A DNA stretch of 64,000 bases from Myxococcota bacterium (GTDB lineage Bacteria > Myxococcota_A > SURF-8), in the NCBI GenBank assembly GCA_963674735.2, contig CAXXQS010000002.1, positions 864,001 through 928,000 of the forward strand, in the 5' to 3' direction. A program made the translations under genes and the position numbers. Positions within the stretch are counted from its first letter, which is position 1. Every line of letters begins with the position of its first letter. Below are positions 28,176 to 38,500 of this stretch, piece after piece. Under the pieces are notes generated by a model that was not told the origin of the DNA, made no database searches, and worked only from the letters and a program-made list of their open reading frames with translations.

Positions 28176-28209
28176 GGCACATTTTGCCCAGCACCCGGCG
28201 ACATCTGCC
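28176..28209. promoter_or_regulatory. Pair of GGCR-N5-TGCC palindromes, candidate enhancer-binding sites
   Basis: GGCACATTTTGCC (28176) and GGCGACATCTGCC (28197), 21 bp apart, between two divergent sigma54 promoters. Confidence 0.55.
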
Positions 28210-28308
28210 CGACACGGAATTTATCGCGCCAAGTATTCCAAGGCCTTACGAATCATACATTAAATATATTCAAGAGGATGGCGACGAAAAGGATCGACAT
28301 TCCGCCCG

Positions 28309-28325
28309 TTGGTTTGAAAATTGCA
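28309..28325 (+). promoter_or_regulatory. sigma54 promoter of fliJ
   Basis: TTGGTTT-GAAAA-TTGCA, GG-N10-GC. Confidence 0.6.
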
Positions 28326-28396
28326 GAACTTTCCCGGTTGCACGCATGGGCGTCAATAGACCGCCTCGGACGCCGACCGTAAAGGATGATGCCGGT

Positions 28397-28846
28397 ATGA
28401 AAAAATTCAAGTTCCGCCTGGAATCGCTCCTGCTCAAACGCCAGATGCTCGAAGAACAGGCCCAACAGCAGCTCGCCATCGAACAGGAAAAGCTCAAGGT
28501 CCATCAAAACGAACTCACCCGCATATTCGAAGAGTATAAGTCGCTCAACCGAAAAACCCGCGATGGCTGCATCACACTCGCGGAATTGGAAATGGACCAC
28601 AGCTATAAAGCCCATCTGCTCGACCGCATCGAGATCGCCCGAACGGCGGCGAAAGAACAGCAAAAAGTCGTGGACGAAAAGAAAAAGCAACTCCTGACTC
28701 TGCATCGCGACCTCAAGGCCGTAGAAACCCTGCGCGAAAAGGATCTGGAAGCCCATCAGTCGGAAGCCAAGCGCGAGGAAACCCGTCAGATGGACGAGTT
28801 TTCCGTTCTCCGCTTCAACCATGGAGACAAAAAGAAGGTGAAGTAG
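28397..28846 (+). CDS. fliJ: Flagellar export protein FliJ
   Basis: MKKFKFRLESLL, coiled coil, KAVETLREK, EETRQMDEF. Confidence 0.9.
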   Translation: MKKFKFRLESLLLKRQMLEEQAQQQLAIEQEKLKVHQNELTRIFEEYKSLNRKTRDGCITLAELEMDHSYKAHLLDRIEIARTAAKEQQKVVDEKKKQLLTLHRDLKAVETLREKDLEAHQSEAKREETRQMDEFSVLRFNHGDKKKVK

Positions 28847-29018
28847 GTTCGTTACGCATCGATTGGCGGGAGGTTCCCCATCGCCCGAATAGACCGGATT
28901 CATTGCCTGAAAACATTTCCTATCACTACAAGAGTGATTAATAGTAGAATGATTCTTTTTTCGGTCCGATCGGCTCCGTTAATTCAATCGAAATTTGAAT
29001 CCTTTCAAGGGCAACATC

Positions 29019-32000
29019 ATGCAAGACACCGACAAAACCAAAAAGCAGTTGATTCAGGAACTGGAAGCGGCCCGAAAACGAATCGCCGCCCTCGAACAAG
29101 CCGCGCCCCATCATGCGGACAACCACACACCTTTTCAACGGTTTGCCGATCAATCGCAGGACATGCTTTATCGGATGTCGCTCCCCGACGGTCGATACGA
29201 ATTCGTCAGCGCCGCCGTCACCGAACTATCCGGCTACACGCCCGACGAATGGCTTCACAACCCCTTGATCATTCAAAAAATCATTCCACCTGAATGGCGA
29301 AACTACTTCGCCGAACAATGGGACCATCTGCTGCACGGCGAGGTTCCGGATTTTTACGAGTATCAGATTCTGACGAAAAACGGCGAGCTGAAGTGGGTCA
29401 ACCAGCGCAACACCCTGATCAAGGATAAACAGGGCCGGCCCAAGGCGATTGAAGGTATCGTCACCGATATCAACGAGCGTAAACAAGCCGAAGAGGAACT
29501 GACCACCATTTTCAGAATGTCACTCGATTTAATTTGTACTGCGGATATCAATACCTACACGTTTCTCAAAGTCAATCCGGCGTTTGAAACTGTCCTGGGC
29601 TATCCGGAAGAAACATTCCTGAACCAACCCTTTCTGAATTTCATCCACCCCGATGATGTCGAGCCGACCAATCGACTCGTTGACGAACAGTTGAAAGCCG
29701 GCCACAAAGTTCTCCATTTCGAAAACCGCTATCGCACCGTGGACGGCGACTATCGCTGGTTGGATTGGACCTCCCACCCTATACCGGAAAAAGGAATCAC
29801 CTTCGCGATTGCCCGCGACATCACCGATCGCAAGAGAATGGAAGAAGAGCTCCGCAAGGAAAGGCTTAAACTCGAAACCTACTTCAATCTCGCCGGTGTG
29901 ATGTTCGTTTTGCTAAACCCGGATGGCAGCATTGCCTTGATCAACCCCAAGGCCTGTGATGTTCTCGGTTGCAAGAAAGAAAAGATCGAAGGACAAAACT
30001 GGTTCGACCGAATGATTCCCGAAAGCAATCGCGAGGCCGTGCGGGAAGTCTTCACAAAAATCGTTAGCGGCGATCTGGAACCCGTCGAATTTTATGAGAA
30101 TCCGGTCATCACACATCACGGCGAGGAACGCTTGATCGCCTGGCATAACGCCATGGTCACCGATCAAGACGGTCGGATAACCCAGATTCTCAGTTCCGGC
30201 GAGGATATCACCGATCGGAAAAAAGCCGAAGAAATCCTGCGCGATAGCGAACGACGCTTCCGCCTGTTGGTGCAGAACTCCAACGACATCATTCAGGTTA
30301 TGGACAAAGACGGCACTATCATTTACATCAGCGAACAGCTCGAGAAAATTCTCGGGTATAAGCCGAAAGAACTGATGGGGCAATCCGGGTTTATCGGGGT
30401 TCATCCGGATGATTTACAGGAAATCGCCCGCATTTTCGCTGAAGCATTACTCAAACCACATTCCACCGACACAGCCGAATTTCGCTATCGCCACAAAAAG
30501 GGTCATTGGGTCGAGTTGGAAGCCATTGGCACCAACCTTCTGCACGACCCGAGCATCAATGGCATCGTCCTCAATGTCCGAGACATCAGCGAACGAAAAC
30601 GCACGAGAGAAGCACTGGAGAAACGGGTCATCGCCCTGACACAACCGTTAAGCGATACCAATGGAGTTCAATTCGAGGATTTGTTCAACCTGGAAGAGAT
30701 TCAGCGTTTGCAAGACGAATTTTCCGAAGCAACCGGCGTTGCGGCGCGGATTTTCAAGCCGGATGGCACGCCGATCACGAAACCGAGCAATTTTTGCCGC
30801 CTCTGCAACGACATCATCCGAAAGACCGAGAAAGGGGCGATCAATTGCAGGAAATCGGATATCGTGATCGGTCAATACAATCCCGAGGGTCCGATTTTCC
30901 AACCCTGCCTGAGCGGTGGACTTTGGGACGCCGGGGCCACCATCTCGGTGGAAGGAACCCATATCGCCAGTTGGCTGGTCGGACAGGTGCGGGACGAAAC
31001 ACAGACCGAAGAAAGAATACGAGCCTATGCCAAGGAAATCGGAGCCAATGAAACCGACATAGTCGAGGCTTTCCACGAAGTCCCCACCATGTCACGCCAA
31101 CAATTTGAAAAAATCGCTCAGGTTCTGTCCACGTTGGCCAAACAACTTTCGACAACCGCTTACCAGAACGTGCAACAAGCTCGCTTCATCAGCGACCGCA
31201 AACAGGCGGAGAACGCGCTCAGAGATAGTGAGGAACGGTTGACCCTGGCTTTGAACGCCACCAACGACGGCCTTTGGGATTGGAACATTGAAACAAACTC
31301 CGTTTATTTCAGTCCGCAATACTATAGAATGCTCGGATACCAGCCGGATGAGATGCTGGCCTCCTTCGATACCTGGTTGAACCTGCTACATCCCGACGAC
31401 CGTCAGGAAGCGCAGGCCTCCGTCCAGCACCACCTCGAAAACAAAACTGAAGCCTTCTCGACCGAATTTCGTATGCAGATGAAAAACGGTGATTGGCTGT
31501 GGATCCTCGCCCGTGGAAAGATCGTTGAACGGGATGAAAACGGAAAACCTTTGCGCATGGTGGGAACCCATACCAGCATCAGCGAACGCAAAAAAGCCGA
31601 GGCCGCTCTCGAAAAAACACAGGCTATCCTCACGGCGGCCATTTCTCAATCCCCCACAGGCATTTTAATCGCCGATGCGCCGGACGTGAAAATCCGATAT
31701 GCAAACCCGGCGGCCTTGGCCATCCGAGGCCAGACAGACATCACACTAACAGGTATCGATGTCACCCAACATTCCGAAAATTGGCAGGTATTCCATTCGG
31801 ATGGAGTTACGCCTTATAAACCTGAAGAACTTCCACTCTCGCAAGCGATTTCCGATGGCCTCATATCGAACAATGTGGAAATGGTGATTTGCAGTGACAC
31901 AGGAGATAAACGTCTGATTCTGGTCAATGCCGGACCGGTATTCGATAAAAACAATCGCATTGTTTCAGCGATCGCGATTTTGCACGACATAACCGATCAG

Positions 32001-34283
32001 AAAAGAGCGGAAGGGGAATTACGCGAAAGCGAAAAGAAATTCCGCTCCATCGCCGAACAATCCACCGACATGATCACCCTGACGGATGGTTTCGGCAACC
32101 TCACCTACGCCTCCCCCGCCTCGAAAGCCCTCTTCCACGCCCAGCCGGAGGAAATGGTCGGGCGACATTTCCTTGAATTCGTCTATGAAGACGACCTTCA
32201 AAAAGCCCGGGCCTCGTTCCAGGGTGTCGTAGGAGACGACCGACCGGAGATCAATCTCGACATCAGGTTGAAGCGAATCGATGGAACGGTTTTTCATAGC
32301 GAGTTGAATGCAAATCCACACGATATCGGCGGGCAAACAGGCACGATCGTCATGATCCGCGATATCAGCGAACGCAAGATGGCTGAAAACGAGCTTCGCG
32401 AAAGTGAAGAAAAATTCCGCTCCATTGCCGAGCAATCCACCGACATGATCGCCCTGACCGATGAAAATGGTGTAATCACCTACACATCACCCGCCTCGGT
32501 AATCCTTTTCGCAACCCAGCCGGAAGAAATGGTGGGGCGACATTTCTTGGAGTTTCTGCACGAGGAAGATCTACCCATAGCCTTGGCAGCTTTCCACGAA
32601 GCCATGGAAACCAACCAACCGACGATCAATCTCGAACTGAGAATGAAACGGACCGATGGTCGAATTTTCCATGGTGAATTAAATGGATCTCCCCGTAAAG
32701 CTGGGGGACAAGCTGGAACGTTGGTCATGATCCGCGATATCAGCGAGCGCAAGACGGCTGAAGAACAGTTGCGAGATAGTGAAAATCGTTTCCGCACCTT
32801 GTTCGAATATTCCCCGCAATTGATTGCCTTGACGGATGTGGAAACGGGTGTTTACACCGAGGTGAACCGCAAGTTCTGCGAAGTGCTTAAGCTCACCCGC
32901 GATGAAATCATCGACCATCCTTCTCCGCAATTCTTCTTCGACAACAGAGAAAAGCAGAATGACTTTTTCCGTGAGCTTTTTAAAACGGGCAAACTCGATG
33001 GAAAAGAACTGACAGCGAAAATCAAAGACGGAACATCGATCATTTTACTTGTTTTCGCGCGCTTGATCCAAGTGGGACCCAAGCAGCATATTCTCATCAT
33101 GGCAATGGATATCACCCAACAGAAAAAATTGGAAGATCAGTTCCGCCAATCGCAAAAAATGGAGGCCATCGGACGGCTGGCCGGAGGCGTGGCCCACGAC
33201 TTCAACAACCTGCTGACCGGCATCAGCGGCAATATCGCGTTGGCTACCATGGATCTATCGGCAAGCGACCCCCTCTTCGAAACATTCACCGAAATCGAAC
33301 AGGCCGCCGACCGGGCTACCGCCCTCACACGCCAGCTTCTGGCCTTCAGCCGAAAACAGATCATTACACCCGAAATTGTCAATTTAAACGATTTGATCCG
33401 AAGTCTGGGCCGGATGCTGCACCGAATCATCGGCGAAGACATCGAACTCAAAACCATTCTGTCCAAATCAATCGGACAAATCAAGGCCGATCCGGGTCAG
33501 ATCGAACAGATCATCGTCAACCTGAGCGTCAACGCCCGCGATGCCATGCCCAAAGGGGGAAAACTTAGTATCGAAACCTACACCGCCGAACTGGATGCCG
33601 AGTACTGCCTATCGCACACCGGAGCGACGGAAGGACGTAAAACCGTGTTGGCGATCAGCGACACCGGTCATGGTATCGAGAAACAGCACATCGCGAACAT
33701 CTTCGAACCGTTTTACACCACCAAACCGAAAGGGCAAGGGACCGGACTTGGATTGTCGATGGTTTACGGCATGATCAAACAGCACGAAGGCTCAATCGAA
33801 GTCTACTCCGAAACGGAGCATGGAACGACCTTCAGAATCTATTTCCCTCAAGTAAACGAAAAAGTTGCGGTAAACAAAACACCTGCAAAGCCGGACAGGC
33901 AACCGGGCGGGTCCGAAACCATTTTGCTGGTGGAAGATGAAAAAATGGTCCGCAACATCGCCACTAAAATACTGAAAAAACTAGGCTATTTTGTTTTATC
34001 TGCTGAAAACGGAGCGGAAGGAGTTCACGTGTCCGAGGCGCATGGCCCGCGGATCGACCTGCTTCTCACCGATGTCATCATGCCGGGTAAAAACGGTCGG
34101 CAACTGGCGGAGGAGCTATTAGCCAAACGACCGGAAATGAAGGTTCTATTCACCTCGGGCTATACGGAAAACGTCATTGCCCACCACGGCGTGCTGGATC
34201 CGGGCGTCGATTTCATCGGAAAGCCCTACACGCCTTCCAGTCTTGCTCAAAAAGTGAGGGACATACTCGACCGTCAGAGCTGA
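29019..34283 (+). CDS. Cytoplasmic hybrid histidine kinase: 9 PAS, PocR, HisKA, HATPase, receiver
   Basis: Repeated PAS ending DIT/DIS-ERK; PocR motifs FCRLC, CLSGGLWDAG, WLVGQVR; QSQKMEAIGRLAGGVAHDFNN; GQGTGLGLS; LLLTDVIMP; no TM segments. Confidence 0.93.
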   Translation: MQDTDKTKKQLIQELEAARKRIAALEQAAPHHADNHTPFQRFADQSQDMLYRMSLPDGRYEFVSAAVTELSGYTPDEWLHNPLIIQKIIPPEWRNYFAEQWDHLLHGEVPDFYEYQILTKNGELKWVNQRNTLIKDKQGRPKAIEGIVTDINERKQAEEELTTIFRMSLDLICTADINTYTFLKVNPAFETVLGYPEETFLNQPFLNFIHPDDVEPTNRLVDEQLKAGHKVLHFENRYRTVDGDYRWLDWTSHPIPEKGITFAIARDITDRKRMEEELRKERLKLETYFNLAGVMFVLLNPDGSIALINPKACDVLGCKKEKIEGQNWFDRMIPESNREAVREVFTKIVSGDLEPVEFYENPVITHHGEERLIAWHNAMVTDQDGRITQILSSGEDITDRKKAEEILRDSERRFRLLVQNSNDIIQVMDKDGTIIYISEQLEKILGYKPKELMGQSGFIGVHPDDLQEIARIFAEALLKPHSTDTAEFRYRHKKGHWVELEAIGTNLLHDPSINGIVLNVRDISERKRTREALEKRVIALTQPLSDTNGVQFEDLFNLEEIQRLQDEFSEATGVAARIFKPDGTPITKPSNFCRLCNDIIRKTEKGAINCRKSDIVIGQYNPEGPIFQPCLSGGLWDAGATISVEGTHIASWLVGQVRDETQTEERIRAYAKEIGANETDIVEAFHEVPTMSRQQFEKIAQVLSTLAKQLSTTAYQNVQQARFISDRKQAENALRDSEERLTLALNATNDGLWDWNIETNSVYFSPQYYRMLGYQPDEMLASFDTWLNLLHPDDRQEAQASVQHHLENKTEAFSTEFRMQMKNGDWLWILARGKIVERDENGKPLRMVGTHTSISERKKAEAALEKTQAILTAAISQSPTGILIADAPDVKIRYANPAALAIRGQTDITLTGIDVTQHSENWQVFHSDGVTPYKPEELPLSQAISDGLISNNVEMVICSDTGDKRLILVNAGPVFDKNNRIVSAIAILHDITDQKRAEGELRESEKKFRSIAEQSTDMITLTDGFGNLTYASPASKALFHAQPEEMVGRHFLEFVYEDDLQKARASFQGVVGDDRPEINLDIRLKRIDGTVFHSELNANPHDIGGQTGTIVMIRDISERKMAENELRESEEKFRSIAEQSTDMIALTDENGVITYTSPASVILFATQPEEMVGRHFLEFLHEEDLPIALAAFHEAMETNQPTINLELRMKRTDGRIFHGELNGSPRKAGGQAGTLVMIRDISERKTAEEQLRDSENRFRTLFEYSPQLIALTDVETGVYTEVNRKFCEVLKLTRDEIIDHPSPQFFFDNREKQNDFFRELFKTGKLDGKELTAKIKDGTSIILLVFARLIQVGPKQHILIMAMDITQQKKLEDQFRQSQKMEAIGRLAGGVAHDFNNLLTGISGNIALATMDLSASDPLFETFTEIEQAADRATALTRQLLAFSRKQIITPEIVNLNDLIRSLGRMLHRIIGEDIELKTILSKSIGQIKADPGQIEQIIVNLSVNARDAMPKGGKLSIETYTAELDAEYCLSHTGATEGRKTVLAISDTGHGIEKQHIANIFEPFYTTKPKGQGTGLGLSMVYGMIKQHEGSIEVYSETEHGTTFRIYFPQVNEKVAVNKTPAKPDRQPGGSETILLVEDEKMVRNIATKILKKLGYFVLSAENGAEGVHVSEAHGPRIDLLLTDVIMPGKNGRQLAEELLAKRPEMKVLFTSGYTENVIAHHGVLDPGVDFIGKPYTPSSLAQKVRDILDRQS
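32016..32765 (+). repeat. 375-bp tandem duplication of one PAS module
   Basis: Both units start ELRESE(K/E)KFRSIAEQSTDMI and share QPEEMVGRHFLEF and GGQ.GT.VMIRDISERK. Confidence 0.85.
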
Positions 34284-34324
34284 CACCCAGGTAAACAGTC
34301 CCCGGCGATTCCGGTTTCCAAGCC

Positions 34325-35350
34325 TTATGATTTCTTCAACACCTGGTCGAGCTTGCGAAAGAAACGGCGGGTGAGCGGATCGTCCTTATCGGGAGAGGCG
34401 GCTTTGAGTTCGGTAATCGCCTCGCGCAACCGGGCGATGCCGTCCACACCGAAGCGGTCGAAAAACAGCTGCGTGTATTGCAACAGCAGTTCATCCAGAT
34501 AGAGCAGGAACTTTTCGTAGCGATAAAGAATGTTCACCTTGTCGCGGTTGGTCATCAGCCAATCCCAGTTGACATGACCGGTTTCCGGGTTGAGATAGAC
34601 CCCGCGATACAACGGTGGATACTTCTGTTTGAAGATTTCCAGAAGCGAAGCAATGACCGAATCGCCTCCCTTGGGATCGAGCCGCCGGAGCATATCCCCC
34701 AACAGATCCAACACCATCACGTATTTTTCCATAATGGTACCCAGAGGATCGTAGATCCCGCTGCCATCCGGTTCCGGATAGGTAACCAGATCCACCGGAA
34801 CCACTTCCCAAATAGATGATTCCACTTGAGTTTGCAACCAAGTTTGCGGCCCGACCCGCTCAAAAGACGCCGTATCGCCATTGAAGCGATAGCCGAGTTT
34901 CAACTCGCCGCCATCGGCAAAGGCCAGTTCGCAGACGCCGTCATAGCGACGCGCCACCACGGCCGCGCTGTGGCGTGAAAGCTCGGCGGATAGCTCATCC
35001 GGGTTGCGATCCGTCGTCATCCGCCAGGAAGGTTGCGCCCGGCTGAAAAGACGGGTCATGGCCACCACCGCATCATCGGCCTCCAGAATTTCCACCGCCA
35101 CCACATCCGGCAGATTCAGAAACAGCCGACCCCGTCCATGCGGGAGCCGATCGAGCCCTTCCACCACCCGCCATTCGCAATTGGAAACGGGATAGCCGTC
35201 CGACAAGGTCACGGTCAGCGAGCGCTCTTTAGTCAGCACGACCATATGTCCGCTGAAAGCCTCCCGCTCCAGGTCGGCCAAAACTGAAGGCAGATAACTG
35301 GCATGAAGAGCTGGAATCGTCAGATGACGTTCGTCAAATGGAAACAGCAT
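34325..35350 (-). CDS. Hypothetical protein, N-terminus resembles DUF4388/PATAN-like domains
   Basis: MLFP..LPSVLADLEREAFSGHM..LSDG pattern; GGGAGG RBS before ATG 35350; helical C-terminus. Confidence 0.55.
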   Translation of the reverse strand: MLFPFDERHLTIPALHASYLPSVLADLEREAFSGHMVVLTKERSLTVTLSDGYPVSNCEWRVVEGLDRLPHGRGRLFLNLPDVVAVEILEADDAVVAMTRLFSRAQPSWRMTTDRNPDELSAELSRHSAAVVARRYDGVCELAFADGGELKLGYRFNGDTASFERVGPQTWLQTQVESSIWEVVPVDLVTYPEPDGSGIYDPLGTIMEKYVMVLDLLGDMLRRLDPKGGDSVIASLLEIFKQKYPPLYRGVYLNPETGHVNWDWLMTNRDKVNILYRYEKFLLYLDELLLQYTQLFFDRFGVDGIARLREAITELKAASPDKDDPLTRRFFRKLDQVLKKS

Positions 35351-35568
35351 GCAGCCTCCCGGTGTTGATACGATGAACCGCAAGACCGGCCCACCCGCGT
35401 CAGTTTCCTCGAAAAAACGGTTTTTCGGCAAGCTTTTTCTTCACATCGTCCGCTGTGGGATCGAAACGCTCGCCATGACGGATAAAAGACATTATACTGG
35501 AAGCGTTCGAATATTCGGGGTGGAAAATCGTCCAACCCTTTGGATGACAAGGGGAGCGGGAGACACCA

Positions 35569-38500
35569 ATGCATCGGTTGGGATTGATCGTCAGTGTTTT
35601 TTTATGTCTGCATGTTTGCCTGGCTTGCCTGGAAGAGCCGGATTTGTCCCTATCCGATTCGGACGATCCGGGACCGGGCGGCGGCCAGGTGACGGGACCG
35701 GACGGCAGCGAACTGGACATTCCCCAGGGCGCGTTGGCGGACGCCGTCGATTTCTCCTTCACTCCCTATACCCCGCCTGAGGATGCGTCTTTTATCCCGG
35801 TCGGCAGCTTTTTTCGCATCGAACCGGCCGACCTGACATTCGACCGTGCCGTCAATCTGAGTTTACCCTACAATCCCGACAGCATTCCCGAGGGCAGACA
35901 GGAAGAAGAAGTCCGCATCTGGACCCTCGCCGAAGACGAAAGCTGGCAAGAATTCAGCGGATTTCCCGATATCGACAAGGATCTCGCCCGTGCGCAGATT
36001 CTTGGGCTGGGCATTTTCGGTCCGGGAATACCCAGAATCGACGAATCCATCGGCGCGCGCCTGTCCACCTCGATTACGCTCGACTTCGGATTGGTCTTTC
36101 TGGGCGAAACCGAAACCCAGGAATTGATTCTTGAAAACAGCGGCGATCAACCCCTGATCGTGGCAAGCTTCCCGGACGTTCAGCTTCCCTTCATCCTCGA
36201 AGCGACCGCGGATAAAATGACGGTTCCGGTCGGCGGACGTGGCAGCCTAAAAATCCACTTCAAACCGGAAGAAGCCGGAACCTCCAAGGATTCATTCACG
36301 TTTTCAACCAACGAACCCATCGAAAATCCGACGCACACGGTGGAATTGATCGGGCGTGGCGTGGCGCTCGATGAAAATTGCCGTTGCGAGCCCCAAACGC
36401 CTTGCTGCACGGATGACGGCGTTTGCTGGGCCGATGACGAACCCTGCGCCCCCCTCGAAGCCGAAGAGTGCAAGGCTTATGTCTGCGACCGGGGAAGCTG
36501 CGAGTATTCTCACCTACTCTCCGATCTGCCCTGCAACGACGGCGACCCGCAAACCGCCTATGACACCTGTGACGACGGAGAATGCTTGGGCGTTCTCATG
36601 ACCTGCGACGGCCAGACAAGCTGTTGCGACAACGGTATTGCCATCAACATCGGCCAACCTTGTACCTCATCCGACTCCACGACAAACCTCTGTTGGAACT
36701 ACGCCTGCTCGGATAGCGGGTTTTGCGAATGGAACAGCCCGCGTATCGGAGAACCCTGCACGGTGGACGACCCCGATCCCTGTTTCTCCTATGTCTGCAA
36801 TGCCAACGGCGCTTGCGATCTGGGCGACCCGCAACCCGACCAACCCTGCCTGATCGATGATCCCCTGGCTTGCCGGGGATACGCCTGCACCCTCTCCGGG
36901 ATTTGCGAGGAAGACGCCCCGCTCGAAAACGGAACCCCGTGCGACGACCAAGATAACACGACCTTCCAGGATAGCTGCCGAAACGGTTTTTGCGAGGGTT
37001 TGGCCCGTTGCGTCGGCACCACCCAGTGTTGCAACGACGGCACGCCCGCCAACACCGGACAAAGCTGCACCCCCCTGCTCGATCCGGATGACTGCTGGAC
37101 TTACATCTGTAATTCACAGGGGTTCTGCGCCAAGAATAGCCCGAATACCGGCGCAAGCTGCGACCCGCTGGTGGAACCACCCCAATGCGTTCGCACCACT
37201 TGTAACAACCTGGGCCTCTGCCTGAATGAAGAACCCGATACCGGAGCGGACTGCGATCCGGGAGATGCCCGCCACCCTTGTTGGTCATACGCGTGCAATG
37301 AAAATTCGGAGTGCGCCACCTCCATCGCCATCGACGGTGGAATCTGCGATATCGCCGCCACAAACCCTTGTTATATTTACCGTTGCAGCGACGGCGCTTG
37401 CCTCCAAAGCGAATATAACAACGGCGCAAGCTGCGACGACCAGGACACCACAACTTATAATGATTATTGCTACGACGGTCAATGCCTGGGACTGGCTTGC
37501 CCGTGCAGCAACGAAACGGTCTGTTGCGACGGCTGCCAGCCGATCAATAACGGCCTCGACTGTAATGATAACAATCCGCAAACCAGCGGGGATCTCTGCG
37601 TCGACGGCGTCTGCAAAGGAACCACGACCTGTGAATGCGACACGGACGACTTCTGCTGCCAGGACAGCTGCACCGCCATCAACGAGGGGAGCGTCTGCGA
37701 CCCGGGCAGCGTGGTCAATCCCTGCCACCGATTTACCTGCCACATCGGTGATTGCATCTATACCGGTTCCGACCCCGACGGCTATCCCTGTGACGTCACG
37801 GATGGAACCACGGCTTCCGGTGCATGCTTTAGCGGCGTCTGCGAGGGAATCCCCTTGAAGGTGGTGATTGACATCCACGACACGAGCATCAGCGCCATGG
37901 AAATTTCCCCGTTTTCAACTCCCAGCCTGATCGCGGGCGCATCCGGCGACGCCGACGGGGTCGTCAAACGCTGGGAATTGAGCCGCGGGAGCGTCGGTTA
38001 CGATTCCCAGGTGAAGATGCAGGAAGCCGGACACAATGGAAAAATCCACACACTCCGCTATGCGACGGACGGCAGCCAATTCGCCAGCGGTGCGGCCGAT
38101 GGCTACGTGAAAGTCTGGTCGGCGTATTCCGTCTCGACGCCGCTCAACTATACCTACAACGTCCACGTACAAGCCGCGGATGGCGAGGTGACAGCTTTGG
38201 CCTTCGACCCCTTCGGTTCCGTCGATACCGCCGTTTATTCCGGAACGAATTGCGGAGACAATTGCGGCTGGCTGCGGGAATGGAATGTTTACGGCAACTA
38301 CAACCCGCCCTACTCGGCCCGCTTCAGCGGTTATCCGGTTGAAGCCGTCGATGCAGGATATGCCTCACCGAACAAATACCTGGCCTACGGAACCGGAATC
38401 TCAGGTAATTTTCTCTCGGTCGACAACATCTCGACCGGCACCGCCGCAGTCCTGACCGACACCTTCAACCACCCAATCCGCGCCATCCGCATCGCCGGAG

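Noticed and set aside
27968-28396. N-terminal extension of FliJ in the ORF track
   Set aside because: FliJ motif begins at ATG 28397; the extension covers promoter and enhancer DNA
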